A stretch of 64,000 nucleotides of DNA from NCBI RefSeq assembly GCF_964355755.1, contig NC_092674.1:19778001-19842000 (forward strand), written 5' to 3'. The translations under genes and the position numbers were made by a program. Below, one piece after another: positions 23,862-35,408 of the stretch. Position 1 is the first letter of the stretch. Each line of letters begins with the position of its first letter. Under the pieces are notes generated by a model that saw only the letters and a list, made by a program, of their open reading frames with translations, was not told the origin of the DNA and ran no database searches. The stretch comes from Antedon mediterranea. Taxonomy: Eukaryota > Animalia > Echinodermata.

Positions 23862-25125
23862 TGTAGTATTTACCACCTCTATGGAACGACCAACGTCTCT
23901 CATAAGGGACCGATTCTCATAACCGACCACCTTTCCTAACGAAAGCTTCTCTCGGAAGCGACCACCTCTTTTAAGGGACCACTGCCTCTCGAAAGTGACC
24001 ACGTGTCTTAATTACCACTCGCAAGGGCCAGAAACTGACAGCGTGTCTCTGTGTGTTTTCAGAATTCGTTTGCCATTTTGATTTTTTTAAATTTTATTTC
24101 ATTTAATTTAAAAAAATCAAAAGTGTGCAATTATAGGTGACTTTAAAGGCCAATATAAATTGAATTGCACTGTTATAAAATTCACCTTTAAACCAACTTG
24201 ACCAATATAGGCTACAGTTAAAAAAACACTTACCCAAAAAATATTCATTGTAGAATATTAGAACCAATTATTTCCCCAAAAGAACAAAGTGTATTTAACC
24301 CCTGTACCCTTTTCACCATAAAACAATTAATCAATGACAGTTTCGAGCAGAAATCAGCCAGCCATCTAATCAACCTTAAGAAGTAGGCCTACCTGCTGGA
24401 AAAATAGGATTTATAGTTAAGCTCACAAATAAGATGGTCATTTAAAAGAGGTGGTCACTTACAGGTGGTGTGGTCGTTAAGAGAGATACGGTAGTCGCTT
24501 ACAAGAGGAGGTCGATTATGAAAAGCAGTCCCTTATGAGAGGAGGTGATCACTTCCGAGAGGTGGTCGATTACGATAAATGGTCCCTTCTTAAAAGAGAC
24601 GGTGATCGTTCAATAGAGGTGGTCACTTACCAGAGGTCGTTGTGACGGGAGATAGTCGATTATGAGAAGCGGTTCCTTTATAGAGAGAAAGAGGTCGTGG
24701 TCCTTTAAAAGAGGTGATCACTTACGAGAGGTGGTCGATTATAAGAAGTGGCCCCTTAACAGAAACGGTGGACGTTTAAAAGAGGTGGTCACTTGACAGA
24801 GGTCGTTGTGACGAAAAATAGTTGATTATGAGAAGCGGTTCTTAATAACGATAAAGATGTCGTGGTCCCTTAACAGAAACGGTGGACGTTCAATAGAGGT
24901 GGTCACTTACAAAAGGTCGTTGTGACAGGAGATAGGTGGTCATTTACGAGAGGTGTGGTCGTTGAGAGGTGGTCGCTTACGGGGTGGTCGATTATGAGAA
25001 GCGGTCTCTTATGAGAGGAGGTGATCCCTTACGAGAGGTGGTTGATTATGAGAAGCGGTCTCTTAACAGAGATGGTGCGATGTGTGGTCGTTTTAGAATG
25101 TTGGTTGCTTACGAGAGGTGGAAAG
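23862..25125. mobile_element. Tc1/mariner-type MITE remnant with amplified subterminal GAGAGGTGGTCG repeats
   Basis: GACCACCTCT units at 23870-24030 are inverted relative to the many GAGAGGTGGTC units at 24445-25120. Confidence 0.5.
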
Positions 25126-25199
25126 TAAAGATCGATGCATTTGCACATGATTTAGACAATTTTGTAAAATATATAATATTTTCTACATTAGCTGGCGAT

Positions 25200-25625
25200 A
25201 GTAACTACATAAGCTGAGAGGCAATTTTCTTTACTACATAAGCTGTTGACCGTTTCTATATTAACTGGTGTTGATTTTTATTTACTACATAAGCTGTTAG
25301 TGTTTCTACATAACCTGGAGGTTTTACTACATAAGCGGTGGATTGTTCTACATTAACGGTTGTTTCGAAATTAGCTGGTGTTTTCTACATTCTGTGGAGC
25401 CGTGAAATGTGCAAAAAGTCACATTTGTGCAAACAACCACATTTGTGCAAACATTTTACCTTCAAATGTGCAAACAACCACATTTGTGCAAACATTTTAC
25501 CTTCAAATGTGCAAATCTGTAAACATTCATTACCCGCAAATGTGCAAACATCACGCCGTTAAATGTAAAAATGGTCAGTTTTGACGTTAAATGTGCAAAA
25601 GGTATTCTACAAATGTGCAAATCAT
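25200..25625. repeat. Short-motif repeat clusters (ACTACATAAGCTG; AAATGTGCAAA)
   Basis: Multiple dispersed copies of each motif, including a 42-bp tandem duplication at about 25420-25514. Confidence 0.6.
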
Positions 25626-28094
25626 TTATTCAGTCAAATTCCTATTACATTTTATATTTTTGGTTCGTAGGTCTTTCAGAGTAGAAATAACAATAGGAAA
25701 AAGAGTCTAATAAATTTAAAATGCTCAATATCATAACAACTAATTATACTGTTGTATTTTATTATGATCAAAGGCTTTAACCCGTCTAAGTCAAATTCAA
25801 GTCGACCCCAAGTCAACTTGCCCAGACGTCAACTCGGCCTCACGTCAACTAAAGTAAGCCTCTACTAATTCTAATCTTTAAACACAACTGCAAGTAACAA
25901 AAACCGATAATTGGTTTTCCCTATCCCTTATATATAGATATGTGTGTGTTAATAGGCATTTATGTGTGTTATATAGGCCAAAATTTAAAAGTGGCGTAAA
26001 AAAATTTTCCCAAGATGGGGATTTTTTTTGGACATTCTATATGGTATACTCTATCAGAAAAACCCCCAAAACATTTCCTATAATTTTTTCCCGCAAATGT
26101 GTATATTAACTGTTCTGCACCCAGGCTAAATCTTTTATTTACTGTTATTGGGTCTTCTACATCAAGCCAAGGTGGTTCATTTGTGTTAGATGGCAATGTA
26201 TCAGAGAGCATATAAATGAAAATCAGTCATGGGCAAAACAAATCTACAAGATACATTTTATTTCTAATATAGGTTATAATTACCATCAAATTTCACTCTA
26301 GCATTTACTACTTTTAGCCAAATAAGAAATGTTTACTTAATACGTTTATAGACGTTCAAAGGTGGCAATCGAAAAAGAATTGAATGCATAACATAATTAT
26401 CCTAGTGAACGCCAGGCTAGTGATCTGGAGTTTGTTGGAGTCCCACATTACTTAAGTATTAATGATTTATTCTTGGTAAAAGTGAAAAATACGTCAGAGT
26501 ATGGCCAAAATATCTGACCAATATTTATCCATCCTTGTAAATAGCTATTCTCTATGTCAATGGTGAATAATTTTACTTCCGGTCATTTTCTTACAAAATA
26601 TTGCATTCCAATAATTATAAATATGTAAGGTCTGAGCAATTTGAGACCATTTTTTAATTTCCATGACCAGCCGTTTTTTTAGATACAGTGCGAGTCAAGG
26701 TCAAGGGTCACTAGTAAAGAACAATAGCATTTCCGGTTACATTTAGTCAAAATGGTCTATTAGAACGAATATAAATATATTTATTCCGAGTATTTTGATA
26801 CCAATATCTTGTCAATAGACCAAAGGGTTATCGAGATATGACCAGAGACTACTGAATAAAAATGCTTGTCAGCTATTCTATATGTCAAAGGTCAATAACT
26901 TTGCTTCTGGACATATTTTTCATCCCCGACATGCCCAATACCTCACCACATCTCTAAACTCCTCCAAATACGTGCCCCACATTACAAGGTTATTCGTAAA
27001 TTGAAAAATTCGCAAACTCGACGTTCGTGAATAACTCGATACCTTTTTCACTGTATAAAGCGTGGTTCTCACTAGAACGCAACGCAGCGACGTATTGAAG
27101 TGCTGTATTGCGTAATCACAGATGGGAACCGACGACGCAACAGCGCATGTTTGATTTCACGCAGGTTTCGTGATCTTATGTATTAGGGGGTTTTAGCTTT
27201 TGTGATCTTATGTTTCATGACACCCCAAAATGTTATGCTTTTTATAGCTAGCTAAATATTTGCTATGCGTGGGTAATTTGTGAATGACGTAGTAGGCTAC
27301 ATAGCCTATAGGTAAGGATGATCTGTACTGCCGTTCATTGCCAGAGGAGGGGGAAATCTGGTAATGTGTCATGATAATGTAACAAGCCAGAGATGAAATC
27401 ACGAATATATTTTGCTGATTGTCGTTGTATTAGTCGTCGTCAGAAGTTGATCGACCGACATCTATTATCATGTGTAGTAGAGCGTACCATCGCCCCAACG
27501 AATAGACGGATTCAAACTCCTCCATCCCACCCCTCCCCTTTCTCCAAGCCCCCACCCACCCCAAGTTAAAAAATTGCAATGCAAAAGATAGGACATAAAG
27601 TTAAGTTTTTAGACCCTCGCCTCCATCCCCTAACTATTTCAAAGTCCTGGATCCACCACTTTCCCCTCCCCAAAATAGAACCAATCAAAAGTCAATGATA
27701 TACTCAGGTATGTTAATGCTACATAACAAATATTGAAGCCCTGATGTGAAATTTCATTTCATTTAAGGTCAGCATGTAAAACATCACACTTTATTATTAA
27801 ATATTGGTTTTAAATTCTATATTTTTTTTACTGTGATGGTTGGATTCAGTATTAATTATTAATTAATAATTATCTGATAATTATTTAATTTCCCATGCAT
27901 AGCAACAGTTACTATGGTAACTAAAATTGAGATATTCTTTAGATTTTGCATATTTATCTTATACAAATTTAAATTTGTAGATTATTAGCAGGCATGCCTT
28001 ATTTGCATTTTCAAATTACCGTTTCACATGGTCATATTCGTAAGCACTTTCTTCTGTGATTATTTTTATTCATGAAAACCCCATATTTTATTTA

Positions 28095-28639
28095 CAGCGG
28101 GCACCTCCTGTAAGCGGCCACCTCCCTTAACGGATGCACTTTGAAAAGCCTGTTTGTTCTTCCTATCTAATTAGTGCATTTGGTGCTTACCGTAAGCAGC
28201 TGCGGGCACCTTTTTATACTAAAAATGAGATTTTTTGTAAGCCGGCCAATCGAAAAATGTGATACTTATTGCATAGACCCATGAATTAGAGGTCCATGTT
28301 GATTGTATTTCATTATACATTAGCTTTATTTTGAAGAGGTTTTAAAAACATTACTGTGAAGAGATGAGAAAACTACACAGATTTCAACCATTTTTCATAA
28401 TATAAAAGCTTTTAAAATTTGTCTAAAAATGCTAAAAAATACTAAACCACCTGATTATAAATAATAATAGGCCTACAATTAGCTGGAAAATTGAGAGCCT
28501 CGTTTCGATAAGGATATCGTATATATCCATAATACGTGATTTTGGCCCTTTATCGGCAGAACCTCCCGTAAGGGGTCACCGCCCGTAAGCGGCCACTTTT
28601 CTAGGTACCGAGGGTGGCCACTTACGGGAGGTTCAACTG
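28095..28639. mobile_element. Tc1/mariner(pogo)-type MITE
   Basis: TA|CAG...ACCTCCTGTAAGCGGCCACC versus GGTGGCCACTTACGGGAGGTTCAACTG|TA: imperfect TIRs and a TA TSD. Confidence 0.7.
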
Positions 28640-30713
28640 TATTTAAAAAAACAATTATCCTTAGTTACGCATAGAAACAGGTTCTAAGACATAACATAAA
28701 TAATACATTTTGACATAACTTGACCCATAAAATGACCCTTTCACAAGGTCAGACATTTTCTGGGATTCATTAGATAAGTAAATTTGGGAAAAAAGTAGTA
28801 AAGCTATGTAATCAATTGTTTGTAGTCATGAAACCCCATATTCAAAATATTGTACTTAGTTACGTATAGAAACAGTTGCTACAATACACTATCTAGGTAA
28901 AATGTTGATGTTATTTGACCTCAATATGTAATTTTTTTTTTTTCATGAAAACTCCATATTTTCGCATAGAAACAGTTACTATGGTAAAATGTTGACATCA
29001 TTTGACCTCAAAATGAATGAATTTACAAGTTCAAATTTGTCATCACTTTAAGATTAATAGAATGCAGTAGAAGTCAAATTGAGAAAAATTACAAATGCAA
29101 TTTGTATTTATAAAAAAAAAATTTAAATTACTTTCCTTAGTTACATAGAAATGGTTGCTAAGGTAACACTATAGGTAAAAAATGAAAATTGTTGAGAATT
29201 TTTATGAACTATCTTGTAAATTTTGATCAAACATTAATAGTTTTAGTAAAGTGGGGACCTGTCCTGTTTTGCATTCTGACCCCTTTTGACCTCAAATGAC
29301 CTATTTACAAGGTCAGATTTTTTGGGAGGTCTTTCGGTATCTCTTTACACAAAATAGATTTAAAAATTTATAAAACCATTGACGCAATTATTTCAAAGTT
29401 TAACATTATTTTCCATCAACTAAATATTTCAATGCAAAATACTGTTTTTCTGGCAATTAATTGAAATAAACCTGGCAACACATTCTCCTATTTTATCTAA
29501 ACTATTCGTATGACTCTAGTAGCATTATGAAAAGCCACATATACATTTTATTATTGGATTAGCCATATTTAAATTGTGTTTCATGTGTTTTGTTTGTTGA
29601 TATTTTGTTGTATTTTTCGTATTTTCCTGGCAACACAAAACCTATGTACAAAATTTACCCCAGTATTTTTTTCATGATTATTGTTGAAAAACCTATTGAC
29701 TATCAAATTAAAAAACCTCATTGATTTAAAAACACCACTTTGGAAGTTATAGGTACGTTTATGAGGTATACTTTTATAAAAAAAAATATTTTTTTTAAAA
29801 CACCCCTTTTTAAAATAATGGTATCAACCAAACTCCATTTTGTAATTTTTTTTCCTACATTAAATGGAACTAAATACATGTTGTTTACACTGCTATAATC
29901 AAAAACTGTATACTGTAAGTATTTTTGGTTAAAATAAGTATACAAGTTTGTACTTTTTCACTATAGAAAATCTGTGAAAAATGGCAAAAACATCAAAATT
30001 TGGATAATTGACCGTTGTCATGGCAACGGAAGCTAAAAATTAAAATGAATGTTGTAGATATGCTTTTTATTGAAATGTCTATTTATGGTAAACAAATTTT
30101 GATTTTTACAGACAATGGCTCTTAATTAGTGGTAATTAACATTTTAATAATTAGCATGATCAAGTACATCGATGAAACCTTAGAAAGTTCAACTGAGAAA
30201 ACGTAAAGTGCTAAATCCTGTACCATGACCCCTTAAGAAATAGTCAATGTATGTCCAACCTGTACTTCTTCTATTTGTACTTCTTAATTAGACCTGCAAC
30301 TAATTTAAAATGAACTCCGTTGTCTCAATTCAAGATTAAAATGTGTAAATCACTTTAATTAGTAAATTGCTTTTCTATGGCATAGACCCAAAAGTTTACA
30401 GTTTTCCGATAATTGTAAAAGTAGCCCACCGTGTTTACCACTTAATTTGAATTTATCTAAATAAATGTATACATTTTCGTTACTGATTTCATCAGGAAAA
30501 AATGCTATGATATACAGAATCTTCAATGACTGTGTCGCAAAACAATTTGTAAAAACAACTGTTTAATTAACATTCATCAGTAGCATTTGAACTGGATGAG
30601 AATATATATAGGGCCTAATTATTTCTATATCGAAATATTTTGGTTGTGAATTCGTTGGCGCCAGCATTACTTCTTGTATCAATTTTAACAATAAAACAAT
30701 AAAATGTCCGCAA

Positions 30714-31122
30714 CAAAGGACCGTAACAATTTAGCAAGGTATAAAATTAACGTTTATAATAATTGATAGTTAGGTAAAGTAAAATATAACTATTTTTTGA
30801 TTGCATGAAAGAGATAAAAAGCGTTATAAAACAAAAGAATTCTGTGCTAAATTATAAGTAGGCCTACATTGTCAAGGATTGAACACTGGGCATAGTGCAT
30901 CAAATTTACTTACTTGGTGCACTAACAGTAATGTAAAAGTGTAAAAATCTTTCCTTACTATTATATATAAAAATGCATGATGAGATATAAGATGTATTGA
31001 AAGTTATTTATTGTCAGTTATATTGTATTATAATATTACATTAATCAAGTGCAATGCATTGTAAACGAACATTTTATTGATGAAGAAATAAAAGTGGGTC
31101 GAACCTACATACGACAAAAATG
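30714..31122 (+). mobile_element. 5'-truncated 3' end copy of the same Tx1/L1 family as 4740-10304
   Basis: Aligns to the reverse complement of about 4740-5110; ends AATAAAAGTGGGTCGAACCTACATACGACAAAAA; TSD-like ATAAAATGTCC(T)GCAA at 30699-30713 and 31123-31138. Confidence 0.85.
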
Positions 31123-31544
31123 ATAAAATGTCCTGCAATCCTGTAACATTCATACATTCACACGTGAAGTGTACATCAACAAAGAAATTCAACGACAAAC
31201 GAAATATCTTCATTCCTTTCCCTTAGACATATTGCTAAGGCTAATAATCGATTTGTCCATAATTATTGCGTTTTGCCGGGAGTTTTTCATAATTTAAGGC
31301 CATTTCATAATTGTGCGTATAGTTAATTTTGTATTTCCGTTTAATACCCCATTTATCTTCATTTTCGTACGTCCGTAAATATTATGTCGTATTTCTGTGG
31401 TAATTTATGGATGTTCCAAACTTTGAAATAACCGTGTTATATCGGTAGTAGAGGAAAGTTTGCTTGAAGCTTATTGTGTGTGGGTTTATTGCTTTCATAA
31501 TTGCTTTTGTACATTAGATGGAAACTTCTGAAATCTGAAATCCA

Positions 31545-31830
31545 GACTCCAATATCTTTTCTTATTTAGGACCTCGGCATTCGTCTATATAGAATTTAGG
31601 AAGCCACTTTTCAGACCATTTCCGGACTTTTCTAAGATCATCTTGCAATTTATTAAAGATAAAGCTATTATGATTGAAAGTATAGATTAGTTTAGTGTCA
31701 TCTGCGAACATAAGTCCAAGTGTATCAACATCATCCAGTAAATCATTGATATAAGAAATAACAATGGGCCAATTACTGAGCCCTGCTGCACTCCATTCGT
31801 TACATCTAACCACGTGCCTGTCCATGTCCT
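31545..31830 (-). mobile_element. CR1-type reverse transcriptase fragment
   Basis: YINDL...MFADDTKL...LQDDL...WSEKW...F...C. Confidence 0.8.
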
Positions 31831-32465
31831 ACAATAGTGGCGTTCACATAGTTAATTAACTAGATTATCTATGATCTCGCCATAATGTGAACGCTCAATT
31901 ATGTCCTGATGATGGGTTTTTTAGAACAGTTATTGCTGCTTGGATTTAGAAGTAAATCCAATGATAGCCAGTTATTTTATGTGGATAATCCAATTAACAA
32001 CCCATCAGGTGGCCTTCAGCCATTTATACACCAATGAGATTGAAGACTATTTAAACCCAATGACCATTATTATTCATATTTAACATTTTATATGCAAAGA
32101 ATATGGTTATTCTCCATGTTGTACCCATAAAATGAACTATATCTGAGGAGGACAGAGGTCTAAAGGATATTAAGAGAATATTGTAGGCGTACAATTTAAT
32201 GAAAATTAAAATACCAAAGAAATATGGTATAACAAAGTTTATAGTATAAAAATGGTACGAATTATCACAATTTAATTTTAAGCTGATACACTGTATACTG
32301 GCATGTACAAAACGTATGAAGGCATGGAAGTTATCTTCTACAGAGTTATGCGACTACTGTCGAACTGAACCAGAAACAGACAAACACATGCTATTAAAGT
32401 GTAAAAGTGGTCAACTTGCATGGAATAATTTAAATTCTGAAGATTCAAGACTGCTATACACTTAA

Positions 32466-32802
32466 AGATGTACTGTCCTCCTGAAAAAAATAATTCTTAA
32501 AAAATCTTTTGTCGAATATTCCATTTTAATGTAACATAGTTACCCACTTTGACCAAAAATTTGATCGAAAAAAATGTATTTACCTGAAAAAAAAATGTAA
32601 TTTATAGCAAAAATTTGTCAAATTGCCTGCCAGCCAATGGATTTTTGGTTGAATTTAACCATTTATTTTGTCATTTTATAAGTGAACATATTTTTTTTTC
32701 GTTTTTTTCCCTACGGAAGTGATTAACTTTATTAAAACTACAAAATAACGTATTTAAATTCTGATTTAATTAATCTTCATGTTTTTGGGGGACAATACAT
32801 CT
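32466..32802. mobile_element. Kolobok-like MITE with TTAA TSD
   Basis: TTAA|AGATGTACTGTCCTCC...GGGGGACAATACATCT|TTAA; relatives at 3003-3442, about 11600-11860, 38130-38247 and 55640-55960. Confidence 0.72.
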
Positions 32803-34499
32803 TTAACAAAGAAACAGATAGAAATAGTTACTCGAACAAAAAATAAAAATGTTAATGAGTTAATCTTGTTAACCTTTTGTATTTTCAAATCTAATATATC
32901 AAAAACATACAAAAAGATCAACAATGATTTCGAGCTTGTATTGTTCCGAGTAGAAGTAAAAAGTTTATTAGCTCTAATACAAGTGTTGAAATAAAACTAG
33001 ACTAGGAAACTACATGTATCAACTGGTAACAAAATAAATGCACCTTGTATTTAAACATTGGGACTACGATCCCGCCCCTGTTAGGTCTAGCTAGAACCAT
33101 TCACGCATTTCAAGCTAAAACTATCGTGGGACATCAAGTCACTCATTTATTAAATACAGTATAGGCCTACAAGGCAGACTGGACTGGACAAGGTTAATTA
33201 TTTTCAACAGACTAATCACAATTTCCCTCCATGTGCTTAACACACAAAACAATCTCCATCAGGAGGCCTGCTTTATTTTCGTGACAACACAAAGAGCCGG
33301 CTTAGGGGAAATGTTTTTTACTACAAAATAAAAACAATAGAAACAAAAATTTGGCTTAATATATTTAAAACAAATAAATGCTGAGGTATGTTTTATTTAC
33401 GGCAAATGTTGTCCTAATTTTGTAGGGCTAAGATCTAGGCCTATACAGTGGAAATAAAGATGAAACGCGTGGGTATTAAGCACAAAAATATGCAAATAGA
33501 AACAACCTCATTTTTTCTCTGCGGTTTGTAATGTGACCTTGTTAGCTCAAATACTCAGTGATGAAAAGGAAACTGTATATCATTTAGTATTTGAATGCAA
33601 ATGACTTGAGTACGTTAGACAACCAATACTCATGAACCTTAAAGATGAACTAAACAACAACAATCTATCCATGTTCTGGGAATTGTTTACTACTTGCTCT
33701 CTAGATCTTAAATACCACTCGACAAACATTGTAAAATTTTTCTGACCATGGCTTGGAACACACGAAATGATATAGATAATACAATTCCATCTCAAACTTA
33801 ATTTATTCATTTTCTTAGTATTTAATCTTTCTCAGTTTTCTTAAATTTTTGTTTTTGTAATTAATTGTTCTTATGTCTAATTTCTTGTTTTGTATTTATA
33901 TTTAAGTGTGTATGTATTATTTTTCACTGTAAACTTGTTGCACATCTCACTGAGACTGTGCCTCTGATTTAAAAGTTCAGTGTCTAAAATCAGTCATGCA
34001 ACCGCTTCTGCTCCTGGCTTACAATTCGAAATTCTATTAGTTATAAAAGAATTTTATGATTAAGATTCATTGAATGGGTTCTCATGCTCCATCTCGTTAA
34101 TAGAACAGGCAAGTCAATATTTAAAAATATTCTGAGATAGGCCTATCACAATACATGTTTTGTATCTTTGAACGGTGTAGGCTATGTACACCTACACGCG
34201 GTTAGCTTTTAGTAAAAATGCTGAGGACGTGTTGGATTGTGCGATGACTTATAAATAATGCAACTAACTGAAAACCAACTCATTGTTTCTGTTTTTCCGG
34301 CTTGATATTTATGCCAAAATAGATATTTTAAGCTAATTTTATTATCATTTTTTGCTGAATCCCAAAAAGGTAGGTGCCAATTTTTTTTCGACCATCCCTT
34401 CAGCCGTCATTTTGAATTTTAAAATGACCAACATTTTACACTACACATGTTCATCATGGCTACGATTTAACGTTAACTAAAACTGCTCATGCGTTTTAA

Positions 34500-34565
34500 T
34501 ATTTTCATCTACTTTTGTTTTCGTGACGTGAAAAATTACTGTAGGCCTACGCAACCAATCAGAAC
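34500..34565 (+). promoter_or_regulatory. Putative promoter motifs of paralog B
   Basis: TGACGTGA 34524-34531 and CCAAT 34555-34559, conserved with 1021-1061. Confidence 0.35.
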
Positions 34566-35362
34566 TCAATTTTGGATTTCGCATCTAATAAAACGTGTAT
34601 TATGGTTTCCATTGTGAAAATATGTGTGATGTGATGACTGACTGATACTTTTGTTATTATTTTTGAATATGAATGCACAAATTGTCCTTTTATAAAGCTT
34701 ACCGGGTTCTATTTTACTCAATTGTCAGCATTCTGTTTTCTAATCGAATGGTAATTTACATGGTAAGCTTTTTCCTAAAATTGTATTAAGGCTAATTCAA
34801 TATAAACTAGCCTATAGTTGTTTCATCTGATCATATAGGTACTCTAGACATAGGCCTACTATTTTACCACCCATTCTATTTCTAGGCAAATTACAGTATT
34901 TAGGCCTATAATGTACCGTAATCTGAGTCTCCTGAATCCAGTTCTGACACTTTGATCTATTTTGGACTTTAGGCCCCTACTTAGCCGATCGATTTGTAGC
35001 AAGGTACAAACTGGGCTTTATACCTTCACCTCAATAAAATAAAAGGCATATTCTTAACATAAATAAGCAAGACCGACGCATGGTCTATATATAGTTTGTA
35101 CAATCTCGAAAAAATAATGGCATAAAGTATATTAATGATTTATTCAACTATATTTATCATTATAATCAAAATCACTTTTTGTGTAGAAAATACCTTTAAT
35201 TGACTTTAAGTTTTGTATATGTGAACCACATTATAGTTTACTTTGTATTATGTAGGCCTATGTCAAAAAATATGCCACCCGAGGCCTGTTAAAGTCGGGC
35301 AAAGTGTCTGGATGAATAAATTTATTATATTATGCTCTAACATTTTTAAGATTAATCGTAAA

Positions 35363-35408
35363 ATGAAAGAAAATGAAACTGAAAAAGAACCGATGTTACA
35401 CAAAGAGG
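35363..35408 (+). CDS. SLC17 paralog B exon 1
   Basis: MKENETEKEPMLHKE, donor G|GTAAG. Confidence 0.75.

Noticed and set aside
25930-30236. Large decayed elements with GTTACTATGGTAAC and TTGACCT motifs
   Set aside because: Clearly repeat-derived, but I could not define termini or TSDs well enough to annotate them.
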